64,000 nucleotides of DNA from Chloroflexota bacterium (GTDB taxonomy: Bacteria; Chloroflexota; Anaerolineae; JAAYZQ01). The notes under the pieces are model-generated. The model was not told the DNA's origin. It did no database searches and saw only the letters and a list, made by a program, of their open reading frames with translations. Where the stretch lies: assembly GCA_018606645.1 (NCBI GenBank), contig JAGVRI010000005.1, positions 50,629 to 114,628 of the forward strand. The letters run 5' to 3'. A program made the position numbers and the translations under genes. Position 1 is the first letter of the stretch, and the number at the start of each line of letters is the position of its first letter. Below are positions 56,911-64,000 of this stretch, one piece after another.

Positions 56911-57957
56911 ATGATCGGCTCCTCCCTCTCCCTGGAATGGGCGCCGAGCCCGTCAGAACCATACGCTGTATCGGCAGGTTATCTCGGAGGGCAATTGATG
57001 CGCGTATCGCTTGGATCAGGAAGGCCGAGGCCATCTCGGCGCGAGCCCCCCATCAGGCCACTGTGGAGCGGCTGGGGGGCTCGCCTGGGGGAGGACCGGG
57101 CGTTGCGTTATCTCCTGCTAGCCCCCACCGTGCTGCTGTTGCTGGCGTTTACCCTCTACCCCTATCTCTACGCCCTGCGCATTAGCTTCTACGCCTTCCA
57201 ATATGGGCGGCCGACCGTGTTCATCGGCCTGACCAACTATGAGCGGATGCTCGCCGACCAGACCTTTTGGCAGTCGATGGCCCGCACGTTACTCTTTTCG
57301 CTGGTCGTCGTTCTGGTGGAACTGGTCCTTGGTCTGGTGCTGGCCCTGTTGGCGAATCGAGAGATCCGGTTCCGCGGTGCCATCCGTACGGCGCTGATGC
57401 AGCCGATGGTCCTGGCGCCAGTGGTAGTGGCGATTGTCTGGCGGCTGCTCTACAATCAGGAATCGGGCCTGCTCAACTATATTTTGGATAATATTCTTCA
57501 TCTGGGGCGAGCGAGCTGGCTGGGCGACCCCAAACTGGCTTTTTTGTCGATTGTCATCCTCGACGTCTGGCAGTGGACGCCGTTCATGTTCCTGGTGCTG
57601 CTCGCCGGTCTGCAGTCGATCCCGGTCGAGCTGTACGAGGCTGCCCATGTAGACGGCGCGACCGGTCTTCAGGTGTTGGGCTATATCACCCTGCCGCTGT
57701 TGAATCCTACTATCCTGGTCGGCCTCCTGGTGCGTACTGTGGATGCGCTGCGCATGTTCGATCAAGTGTTCTTGCTGACCCAGGGAGGACCCGGAACCAC
57801 TACCGAGTTCATCAGTCTCTTTCTCTACAAAACAGCCTTCAAATTCTCGCAAATGGGCTATGCATCGGCGTTGCTCCTGGTCCTGTTTGTCGTGACAATC
57901 GTGATTGCTTTGTTCTACATCCGGCTCCTGGGTCGGAGTGGGACGGTCGAGCGCTAG
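56911..57957 (+). CDS. carbohydrate ABC transporter permease (MalF-like)
   Basis: Six TM helices with an EAA loop (YEAAHVDGATGLQVLGYITLP). The N-terminal ~30 codons of the ORF are uncertain; the start may be the internal ATG near 56998. Confidence 0.8.
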   Translation: MIGSSLSLEWAPSPSEPYAVSAGYLGGQLMRVSLGSGRPRPSRREPPIRPLWSGWGARLGEDRALRYLLLAPTVLLLLAFTLYPYLYALRISFYAFQYGRPTVFIGLTNYERMLADQTFWQSMARTLLFSLVVVLVELVLGLVLALLANREIRFRGAIRTALMQPMVLAPVVVAIVWRLLYNQESGLLNYILDNILHLGRASWLGDPKLAFLSIVILDVWQWTPFMFLVLLAGLQSIPVELYEAAHVDGATGLQVLGYITLPLLNPTILVGLLVRTVDALRMFDQVFLLTQGGPGTTTEFISLFLYKTAFKFSQMGYASALLLVLFVVTIVIALFYIRLLGRSGTVER

Positions 57958-57970
57958 GGAGAGCAGAGGC

Positions 57971-58822
57971 ATGGCGGCGACGCGCTTTCGACTCATTCGG
58001 ATGATGCAAAACGTCCTCACCTACCTGATCCTCGGGTTAGCGGTTCTGGTAGCTCTCTTTCCTTTATACTGGATGGTAGTCTCCTCCTTCAAGACGCAGG
58101 TAGAGCTATTTTCGGTGCCACCCACCTTGCTGCCCCTGCGTCCCACCTGGGAGGGGTACGTGGACCTGTTTGTAAACCGCAAGTTTGGCCAATCGCTGCT
58201 TAACAGCTTGATCGTGGTCGGTACCAGCCTGATCGTGTCGATGGTTACCGGTTCGCTGGCGGCGTACAGCCTGAGTCGCTTCCGTTTGCCGTGGAAGCTC
58301 AACGGGATCCTGGGGTTCTGGATCCTTTCAACGCGAATGCTACCCCCGATCGTGACCATTGTGCCCCTGTTTCTGATCCTCCAGGCCCTGCATTTGGTGA
58401 ATACCTACGCCGGATTATCCCTGGTGTATGTGGTATTCAACCTGCCCTTTGTGGTGTGGATGATGCGCAGTTTTTTCCAGGAGATCCCTACTGACCTGGA
58501 GGAGGCGGGCATGGTGGACGGTGCTTCTCGCCTGGGCGCGCTGTGGCATGTAGTGCTACCTCTGGTCCGGCCAGGCCTGGCCGCAACGGCCATTTTTGTC
58601 ATCATTGATACCTACAACGAGTTCCTCTTTGCCCTGATCCTGACCTCTACGCCCGAAGTGATGACCATGCCGGTGGCCGCTGCTGCGCTGGTCGGGCGCA
58701 TCCATGTTCAATGGGGGGCCATGACCGCCGGCGGGACGGTCGCTATGTTGCCTATTTTGCTGTTTGCCTTCTTGATGCAACGCCACCTAGTGCGGGGGCT
58801 CACACTGGGAGCAGTCAAATAG
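57971..58822 (+). CDS. carbohydrate ABC transporter permease (MalG-like)
   Basis: EAA loop (LEEAGMVDGASRLGALWHVVLP). The start was chosen at MAATRF (ATG 57971). Confidence 0.8.
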   Translation: MAATRFRLIRMMQNVLTYLILGLAVLVALFPLYWMVVSSFKTQVELFSVPPTLLPLRPTWEGYVDLFVNRKFGQSLLNSLIVVGTSLIVSMVTGSLAAYSLSRFRLPWKLNGILGFWILSTRMLPPIVTIVPLFLILQALHLVNTYAGLSLVYVVFNLPFVVWMMRSFFQEIPTDLEEAGMVDGASRLGALWHVVLPLVRPGLAATAIFVIIDTYNEFLFALILTSTPEVMTMPVAAAALVGRIHVQWGAMTAGGTVAMLPILLFAFLMQRHLVRGLTLGAVK

Positions 58823-58852
58823 GTCGAAATCATCGTCTGAATAGGCTGTCTC

Positions 58853-60055
58853 ATGAAGCTCTCTTCTCGTGAACGGATGCTGGCCGCCCTGGCCTGCCAG
58901 CCGGTGGATTATCCGCCGTGCTGTTTCATGCAATTCACGGCGCTGGAGAACCGCTGCCGTGACCAGTTTGAGATGATCGATCGCTTGTTGGCCTGGGGAG
59001 TGGATGCCACCGTTCAGGTCCCACCCTGGTTGCTGACCGTACCCGGCGACACACGCGACCTGCGTGGCCTGCCAGTGCGGTTCCATCCCGAGGTCCAGGT
59101 TCGGGAGTGGCGCGAGCGGCAGCCGGGCGAGCGCTACGCCACACTGGTGAAGGAATACATTACCCCGGCAGGAACGCTGTCGGTGCGGGTGAGCCAGACT
59201 GAAGACTGGCCCTATGGCGACCACGTTCCCTTTCTCGACGATTTTATCATCCCTCGCCTTCAGAAGCCGCTGCTGACCGAGGCTGCCGATCTGGATGCAC
59301 TGCGCTATCTGCTCACTTCCCCGGATATGGAGACGGTCGAACAGTTCTGGGCAGAGACGCGCCGGGCCAAGGCCTTTGCCCTCGAGCGCGGGCTCCTGGT
59401 CTCCGGCGGGACCGGGGCGGGTGCGGACCTGGCCGCGTGGCTGTGCGGGTTACAGGAACTGGTCTACCTGGCCCACGACGCCCCGGTTTTCGTCGAAGAA
59501 CTGATGGCGCTGCTCTCAAGTTGGATCCAGGAACGAATGGAGGTCGTGCTCGACGTGGGCATTGACCTCTGGGTGCGCCGCGCCTGGTATGAGAGCAGCA
59601 ACTTCTGGTCGCCCCGGCTCTACCGCCGGTTCATCCTGCCCCACTTGAAACAAGAGGTGGATCTGGCCCATCGTCGGGGGGCCCGGTTTGGATACATCAT
59701 GACGAGCGGGGCCATGCCCCTGCTGGACCTGATTCTGGAGGCAGGCGTTGACGTACTGATCGGCGTGGACCCGGTCCAGGGTGGCATGGACCTGACGGCC
59801 CTGCGTGCCAAAACGGCGGGGCGTCTGTGTCTGTGGGGCGGGGTCAACGGTCCGCTGACCATCGAGCGAGGCACACCGGCCGAGGTCCGCGCCGCCGTCC
59901 AGGAGGCCCTGGACACGCTGGCTGCGGGCCACGGCTTTATCCTGTCGCCCGTGGATGAGGTGGACGACCCGTCCGACCACACCTGGCGCAATGTGGAAGT
60001 ATTGATCGAAGCCTGGCGGAGTTGGGTGCGGGACCATACCCCCTTCCGCCCCTGA
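58853..60055 (+). CDS. uroporphyrinogen-decarboxylase (URO-D/MtaA) family protein
   Basis: 400 aa. The C-terminal half has the URO-D-like (beta/alpha)8 signature (HDAPVFVEELMALLSSWIQERMEVV, GYIMTSGAMPLLDLILEAGVDVLIGVDP, GGVNG). The assignment is from memory of the family. Confidence 0.55.
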   Translation: MKLSSRERMLAALACQPVDYPPCCFMQFTALENRCRDQFEMIDRLLAWGVDATVQVPPWLLTVPGDTRDLRGLPVRFHPEVQVREWRERQPGERYATLVKEYITPAGTLSVRVSQTEDWPYGDHVPFLDDFIIPRLQKPLLTEAADLDALRYLLTSPDMETVEQFWAETRRAKAFALERGLLVSGGTGAGADLAAWLCGLQELVYLAHDAPVFVEELMALLSSWIQERMEVVLDVGIDLWVRRAWYESSNFWSPRLYRRFILPHLKQEVDLAHRRGARFGYIMTSGAMPLLDLILEAGVDVLIGVDPVQGGMDLTALRAKTAGRLCLWGGVNGPLTIERGTPAEVRAAVQEALDTLAAGHGFILSPVDEVDDPSDHTWRNVEVLIEAWRSWVRDHTPFRP

Positions 60056-60071
60056 GAACAAGGAGGATTTC

Positions 60072-61055
60072 ATGACCGTCCGCGTTGGGATTGTCGGGTG
60101 CGGCAATATGGGCCGGACCCATGCCACTATCCTTCAGCAAGACCCGCGGGTCACCCTGGTCGGGGTGACCGATCTGGACCCGGACCGGGCGCGGGAACTG
60201 GCCGCAGCCACGGCCAGCCGGGCCTTCCCCAGCCTGGAGGCGCTCCTGGACGCCGAGATCGAGGCCATCTACATCACCACTCCCAACACCCAACATGTGC
60301 CGGCCACGCTGGCCGCGCTGGAGCGGAACATCCATGTCTTTTGCGAGAAGCCGATGGCCACCTCCCTGGCGGAGGCCCGGCAGGTGTTGACCGCCGCTCA
60401 GGCGAGCCAGGCCGTCTATCAGGTCGGCCACAACCGGCGCTTTGCTCCCGTCTACCGCTACCTGAAACAGCAGATCGAAGCCGGGCTGGTACCCTACCTG
60501 GCGAATGCCAAACAAAACGACGGCGACTGGCTCAACCCGCCATGGATCACCGATCTATCGCTCACTGGCGGCTTTCTCTACGAGTCGAGCATCCATCTAC
60601 TGGATATGCTCCGCTGGCTGATGGGCGAGGTGGTCAGTGTGCAGGCGCGAGCCAAAGCAAACGTCTACGACGTGCTGAACGATTTTGCCATTCTGCTGAC
60701 CTTTGTCGGGGAGCGGTTTGCCGTCTTTTCCTCGTCGGCCCATGCCTCGTGGGCCTTTCCGTTCGAGCATCTGGAGATCGTGGGCGAGCACGCCTTTGTC
60801 CGCAGCGAAGAGTTGAGCCGGGTGGTCCACTCCCCGGGACTGGAACAGGAGGTGCGCATCGTGGATTACCGCCAGGTGCCGCATGCTGACCGGTGGGGCT
60901 ACCGGGAAGAAGACCGCCGCTTCATCAGCGCCTGCCTGGGCGAAGCGCCGCCAGCGGTGGATGTCCTGGAAGCCTACCGGGCCATCGAGTTGTGCGAGGC
61001 CTGCTACCTGAGTGCCGCTAACGGCGGCGTCGAGGTGCGCCTGCCATTGGTCTGA
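60072..61055 (+). CDS. Gfo/Idh/MocA-family NAD(P)-dependent oxidoreductase
   Basis: VRVGIVGCGNMGRTHA Rossmann motif and the conserved EKP motif (FCEKPMA). Confidence 0.85.
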   Translation: MTVRVGIVGCGNMGRTHATILQQDPRVTLVGVTDLDPDRARELAAATASRAFPSLEALLDAEIEAIYITTPNTQHVPATLAALERNIHVFCEKPMATSLAEARQVLTAAQASQAVYQVGHNRRFAPVYRYLKQQIEAGLVPYLANAKQNDGDWLNPPWITDLSLTGGFLYESSIHLLDMLRWLMGEVVSVQARAKANVYDVLNDFAILLTFVGERFAVFSSSAHASWAFPFEHLEIVGEHAFVRSEELSRVVHSPGLEQEVRIVDYRQVPHADRWGYREEDRRFISACLGEAPPAVDVLEAYRAIELCEACYLSAANGGVEVRLPLV

Positions 61056-61252
61056 CCCTACTACCCTGGCGGCTGCCGGTCCAAGCGCTGTTGCGTTCTC
61101 CGTTGGAATCGTGGCGGCGAGGCATTCCGGGTGACTAACTGCCGCCTGAATCGCCGCGGATTGACCAGAACCACCTGGCCTGAACCACCGTTCCTGGGAA
61201 TGCCTCGCCCCAGGCCGTACAACAACCTTCATTCTTCTTTCACAAAAAATGC

Positions 61253-61281
61253 TTGACAATCGAACATTTGTTCTGTATAAT
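61253..61281 (+). promoter_or_regulatory. SOS promoter with a LexA box (CGAACATTTGTTCT, GAAC-N4-GTTC type) inside a TTGACA -17 nt- TATAAT spacer
   Basis: TTGACA at 61253-61258, CGAACATTTGTTCT at 61261-61274 and TATAAT at 61276-61281. Confidence 0.7.
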
Positions 61282-61315
61282 AGATTTGGGCTTCCATACT
61301 GCAGGATGGGGAGAC

Positions 61316-61765
61316 GTGAGCAGAGCGCACAAGCGCCAGCGACAGCGGCAACTGGAGACGACCATAGCGGCCATCCAACGCCGTTATGGCCCCTGGGCGT
61401 TGATCCGAGGAGGCCCCCAGGCCGCCGGTTCGGCGGCCATCCCCTATATCCCCACCGGTTTCCCGGCCCTCGACCGCGCTCTGGCCATCGGCGGCCTGCC
61501 CAAAGGGCAGGTGTGCGAGCTGGTCGGACCGACCACCTCGGGCAAGACAACGCTGGCTCTCAAGTTCCTGGTCCAGGCTCAGGCGGACGAAGGGGAGGTG
61601 GGGTACGTGGACCAGGCCCTCTACTTCGACCCGGACTATGCCTATCGCTGCGGATTGGACCTGTCCCGTCTGGTGGTTGGGCGGCCGCAGGAAAGGACAC
61701 ATGTTCATCACCCTGGAGGACGAAGAGGGGCTGATCCACCTCATTGTGCGGCCCGATACCTTTGA
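61316..61765 (+). pseudogene. imuA: truncated RecA-fold ImuA-like (SOS mutagenesis cassette) gene. Homology covers about 61316-61694; the frame then runs into unrelated sequence.
   Basis: The GTG start is after GGATGGGGAGAC. The N-terminus RQRQLETTIAAIQRRYGPWALIRGG ... IPTGFPALDRALAIGGLPKGQVCELVGPTTSGKTTLALKFLVQAQADEGEVGYVDQALYFDPDYAYRCGLDLSRLVVGRPQE matches the RecA/ImuA core through the Walker A region. About 40 unrelated residues follow before a stop, whereas full-length ImuA/RecA is at least 230 aa. Confidence 0.6.
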
Positions 61766-61895
61766 GCGATACCGGGAAGTGCTGCGCGATGCGCCGTTGG
61801 TGAAGGTGGAGGGCCAACTCCAGCGACAGGGAAGCGGGGTGAGTGTGCTGGTAGCCCGCGCCTGGCGGTTATCCCCAGACCATGCGGTGGGATAA
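61701..61895 (+). pseudogene. dnaE2: C-terminal fragment (last ~65 codons) of an error-prone DnaE2-type DNA polymerase III alpha subunit
   Basis: MFITLEDEEGLIHLIVRPDTFERYREVLRDAPLVKVEGQLQRQGSGVSVLVARAWRL matches the OB-fold/C-terminal tail of DnaE/DnaE2 (consensus f.tLEDetG...v.vwp..fe.yr..l.......v.G.lqr.g.v..lva). It is in a different frame from imuA' and lacks the preceding ~1000 codons. Confidence 0.55.
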
Positions 61896-62148
61896 GGACT
61901 TGCGGATGGGGCAGAGTCTATTGACACGGCGAATATGACGGTGAACGAGAGCCGTCGGACTCACTCTATCGAGGGCAAGAGCATCCGTCACATCCAGCGC
62001 GAGACGAGACATCTCGTCAGGCTCATGATTCAAGGGGCGAGTGGCCGGGCAACGCGTGTCCGTATCAATTTGCTAACATGTAAGAGCGAGCACGTGCGAG
62101 AAGCCATAACGCTCTGTCCAATCTATTTGGTGTTGCTCAGCTTGGTGG

Positions 62149-62574
62149 CTATGGACCGGGCTTCTTCCACATGATGCGGTAGGCTGACTCAATACCGGCC
62201 GTGGGGTCGTCCATGGTTTCGAAGGATAACATCTCCCACCCTTCACTTCCTTTCTGGTTGATGTACTCATTTAGGTGTCTGCGCCGACACTCCTGGATCG
62301 ACAGGAGTTCGGCGTAATCTGCGTCTCCGAGGGACATCATATCCATTTGCTCCATCACTAGTTTTCCAAATAGGTCCTCGCTGATTGGGCATTGTAGCTC
62401 ATAATTCTGGATGTCATAGAAATAGGTCCAAGGCTGGGGAGTGGAGGTCACGCATGGAATTGCGTCAACAGGCAGCGCTGAGGGCTGGGCCTGATTGCCA
62501 AAAAACGAAGGTTGAACGTTACAGCTGCAAATGACAAACAGAATGCACACTAGAAACAAGATTCTTTTTCTCAT
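62149..62574 (-). CDS. hypothetical lipoprotein
   Basis: MRKRILFLVCILFVICSCN signal peptide with a lipobox Cys. 141 aa. GC content is about 50%, against about 63% for the window. Confidence 0.55.
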   Translation of the reverse strand: MRKRILFLVCILFVICSCNVQPSFFGNQAQPSALPVDAIPCVTSTPQPWTYFYDIQNYELQCPISEDLFGKLVMEQMDMMSLGDADYAELLSIQECRRRHLNEYINQKGSEGWEMLSFETMDDPTAGIESAYRIMWKKPGP

Positions 62575-62631
62575 ATCTCGCTATCTCCTGATGCTTGGCT
62601 GACCGGATACCTCGATTTGATTTCAGTTTTG

Positions 62632-63402
62632 TCAATGGTTGAAGCCAACACTCTCCGCAGATAAGCCAATACGACTCAGAAGCGCATTCCGAGCAGGCAT
62701 GTACTCTCGGTAATACCACGTCAGTGCCTCCTGTCCGGCTCTATCGGCCGCGGCCATATGGTCATAGAATTGGTCAGGGAACAACAGTGCACCAACCCGC
62801 TCGTGATGGTATATTATCACATTGGAAGCAACTACCTGAAATGCGAGGTGCATGCCCTCGGCCTCGTCGGGGACAGCCATTTCATCGAGCCTCTTGATTA
62901 AGGGGTCTAGTTTGTCCACGTAGGTTTGCGAGGCAATCCCAGCTTCTCCAGGAAAGCTTCCCCATATCTCGTTCGCGATCGTGGCAAACTGCTTCAGATA
63001 GGTCACAAGGGCCTGGTCCACCAGTGTCTTGCTGGGCTTGGGCGTTGGAGAAGGGGTTGGCCTGGGAGTGTCGGCCGGTTCAGTTGTGTTCGTCGGCGGG
63101 AGAGGTGTCTGCGTGGGCGTCTCAGTCGGCATTGCTGTTTCAGTTGGCGGAGGCGTGGTCGTGTTTGTAGGTTCTGGTGTAGCTGTGTCCGTTGGCATTA
63201 GGGTGGGGGTGTCTGTGGGAATGGGGGTATAAGTCGGGCGGAGTGTCGCAGCGAGTTGGGAAACCAGCCGCTCCGTGGGCTCAGCCGTCAGCGATGATCC
63301 GAAGTAGATGGCAAGTCCCACAACGGTCGCTAGCGCCATAAAAGCGACGCAGCCTACCACAAACCCTACAACACCCACAACAACGAGCATCCGTCTGTTC
63401 AT
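62632..63402 (-). CDS. membrane-anchored protein with a Pro/Thr-rich low-complexity linker and a C-terminal domain of unknown function
   Basis: The start was chosen at MNRRMLVVVGVVGFVVGCVAFMALATVV (signal anchor). It has about 75 residues of TPxPT-type repeats. The longer ORF to 63597 has a non-hydrophobic N-terminus. Confidence 0.55.
   Translation of the reverse strand: MNRRMLVVVGVVGFVVGCVAFMALATVVGLAIYFGSSLTAEPTERLVSQLAATLRPTYTPIPTDTPTLMPTDTATPEPTNTTTPPPTETAMPTETPTQTPLPPTNTTEPADTPRPTPSPTPKPSKTLVDQALVTYLKQFATIANEIWGSFPGEAGIASQTYVDKLDPLIKRLDEMAVPDEAEGMHLAFQVVASNVIIYHHERVGALLFPDQFYDHMAAADRAGQEALTWYYREYMPARNALLSRIGLSAESVGFNH
63025..63246. repeat. coding low-complexity Pro/Thr-rich repeat region (PTDTPT / PTETPT / TPPPTET units)
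   Basis: Repetitive ACN/CCN codon array inside the 62632-63402 gene. It generates the spurious Gly/Val-rich antisense ORF 63029-63232. Confidence 0.7.
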
Positions 63403-63574
63403 GTTGCCTGCTCTCCTGGTCTGGATAGTCTGGTTTTCATTTGGTTTCCATAGAGGATTAGGGTGCGACACCTGCGCGTCACCCGCGCTGCGAAGTGCGG
63501 CGGAGCGGATGAAGCGCTTGTTTAGCGTGGTGGCCCATGAAACTGGACATTTTTGAAGCCGTTTTTGCTGAACG

Positions 63575-63640
63575 TCAACAGAGGTCTTCGAGCGCAAGGC
63601 GGGCTTTGAACTCCGGTTTGAAGTTTCGCCGCTTGGCCAT
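63575..63640 (-). mobile_element. remnant of an IS-family transposase orfA (first 21 codons only: MAKRRNFKPEFKARLALEDLC followed by a stop)
   Basis: The peptide matches the canonical N-terminus of IS3-type OrfA HTH proteins (M.KRR.FS.EFK...L). It has a strong RBS (AAGGGGGAGACATA-ATG) but terminates after 21 codons, and no transposase body or inverted repeats were identified. Confidence 0.4.
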
Positions 63641-64000
63641 TATGTCTCCCCCTTTCCTGGACCCATTGTACATTGACTAGCGCACCTGTCCAGTTTTTGG
63701 GGGTCGGTACAGTAACTACATTCGTCGCTGAGCCATCTCGGTCCGGAGGCCCATGAGCAACTCTGCTTTAACCGGAAGACCTCTGCTTAACTCCCTGTCC
63801 ACAAAACCAGGGGAAGATCAGATCATGCATTGCTGCCAGCACTCAAGGAAGGTAGAAACACAGAGAACGCGAAGGCGGCAGTTCAAGATGCCCATCCAGT
63901 GCCTCTCCTAAGAACACGGTGAGGCGAAGAGTGTCGTAGGATAGTGACCAATGGTCAATAGTGCCCCTTCGCACGAACTGAGCATCACCTCTGAAGTCCA

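Noticed and set aside
60597-61550. 317-aa minus-strand ORF spanning the Gfo/Idh/MocA 3' end, the intergenic region and the imuA' start
   Set aside because: It crosses a promoter and LexA box and is antisense to two recognisable genes. The translation is Arg/Pro-rich with no domain signature.
61316-61694. Possibility that this is the organism's bona fide recA
   Set aside because: The ORF loses RecA/ImuA homology after about 126 residues and ends at about 150 aa. It is immediately followed out of frame by a DnaE2 C-terminal fragment. The PTGFPALDRAL variant of the core and the cassette context fit ImuA better than RecA. An intact recA is presumably elsewhere.
63029-63232. Plus-strand ORF encoding a Gly/Val-rich peptide (GVGEGVGLGVSAGSVVFVGG...)
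   Set aside because: It is the antisense reading of the Pro/Thr-repeat region of the 62632-63402 gene (ACN/CCN codons read backwards as GGN/GTN). It is not an independent gene.
1-64000. Search for CRISPR arrays, tRNA/rRNA genes and riboswitches
   Set aside because: The only repeats seen are the 22-bp triplet at 53303-53368 and the coding PT-repeats. No regularly spaced ~30-bp repeat/spacer architecture was seen. No GTTCGA/TTCGAATCC-type T-arm signatures in cloverleaf context were seen. Intergenic regions are mostly under 150 bp.

Overview
This is a high-GC (about 62-65%) bacterial chromosomal window. Gene content, signal peptides and the regulatory sites read from sequence (a Gram-positive-type LexA box, TTGACA/TATAAT promoters) suggest a Chloroflexota-like or other Terrabacteria genome (inference). 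I found no rRNA, tRNA or CRISPR array. The window has four parts. (1) Positions 1-32.7 kb carry about 31 tightly packed minus-strand genes forming an acyl-CoA catabolic super-cluster that resembles the acyclic-terpene (Atu) or branched-chain degradation pathway. It contains a BioY biotin transporter, two thiolases, the methylmalonyl-CoA mutase catalytic subunit, three Old-Yellow-Enzyme/2,4-dienoyl-CoA-reductase-like flavoproteins, four SDRs, a MaoC dehydratase, a crotonase, a family-III CoA-transferase, and an AtuA-like protein split into a DUF1446 part and a small partner. It also has an unusual 1020-aa fused biotin-carboxylase-carboxyltransferase with a separate BCCP, two polar-amino-acid ABC systems, an aminotransferase, two signal-peptide-less (cytoplasmic, AmiC-like) type-I periplasmic-binding-fold proteins flanking a glutaredoxin-like protein, and a peptide-type SBP. 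(2) Positions 33-44 kb carry plus-strand housekeeping genes (SAM-MTase, FAD protein, RmlC, MiaB, YdjC, DUF2905, QueA) and minus-strand UbiB kinase, YbaK deacylase and a DHH-CBS-CCA/polyA-polymerase protein. (3) Positions 44.7-53.3 kb carry a translationally coupled plus-strand glycan-modification locus behind a consensus promoter. It encodes an FAD oxidoreductase, a Wzx-like flippase, a CapK/F390-synthetase-like adenylating enzyme, a GNAT-methyltransferase fusion and a GT2-polytopic-membrane (GT-C-like) fusion of about 970 aa. This is the best candidate for an undescribed system. (4) Positions 53.3-61 kb carry a LacI-controlled sugar-uptake operon with palindromic operators and three 22-bp direct repeats upstream. 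It encodes a TIM-barrel isomerase, a CUT1 SBP, two permeases, a URO-D-family protein and a Gfo/Idh/MocA oxidoreductase. The last 3 kb is a decayed mosaic. It holds a LexA-box SOS promoter driving only the N-terminus of a RecA-fold ImuA-like gene joined out of frame to the last ~65 codons of a DnaE2-like polymerase, plus low-GC lipoprotein and Pro/Thr-rich membrane protein genes and a 21-codon IS-transposase stub.
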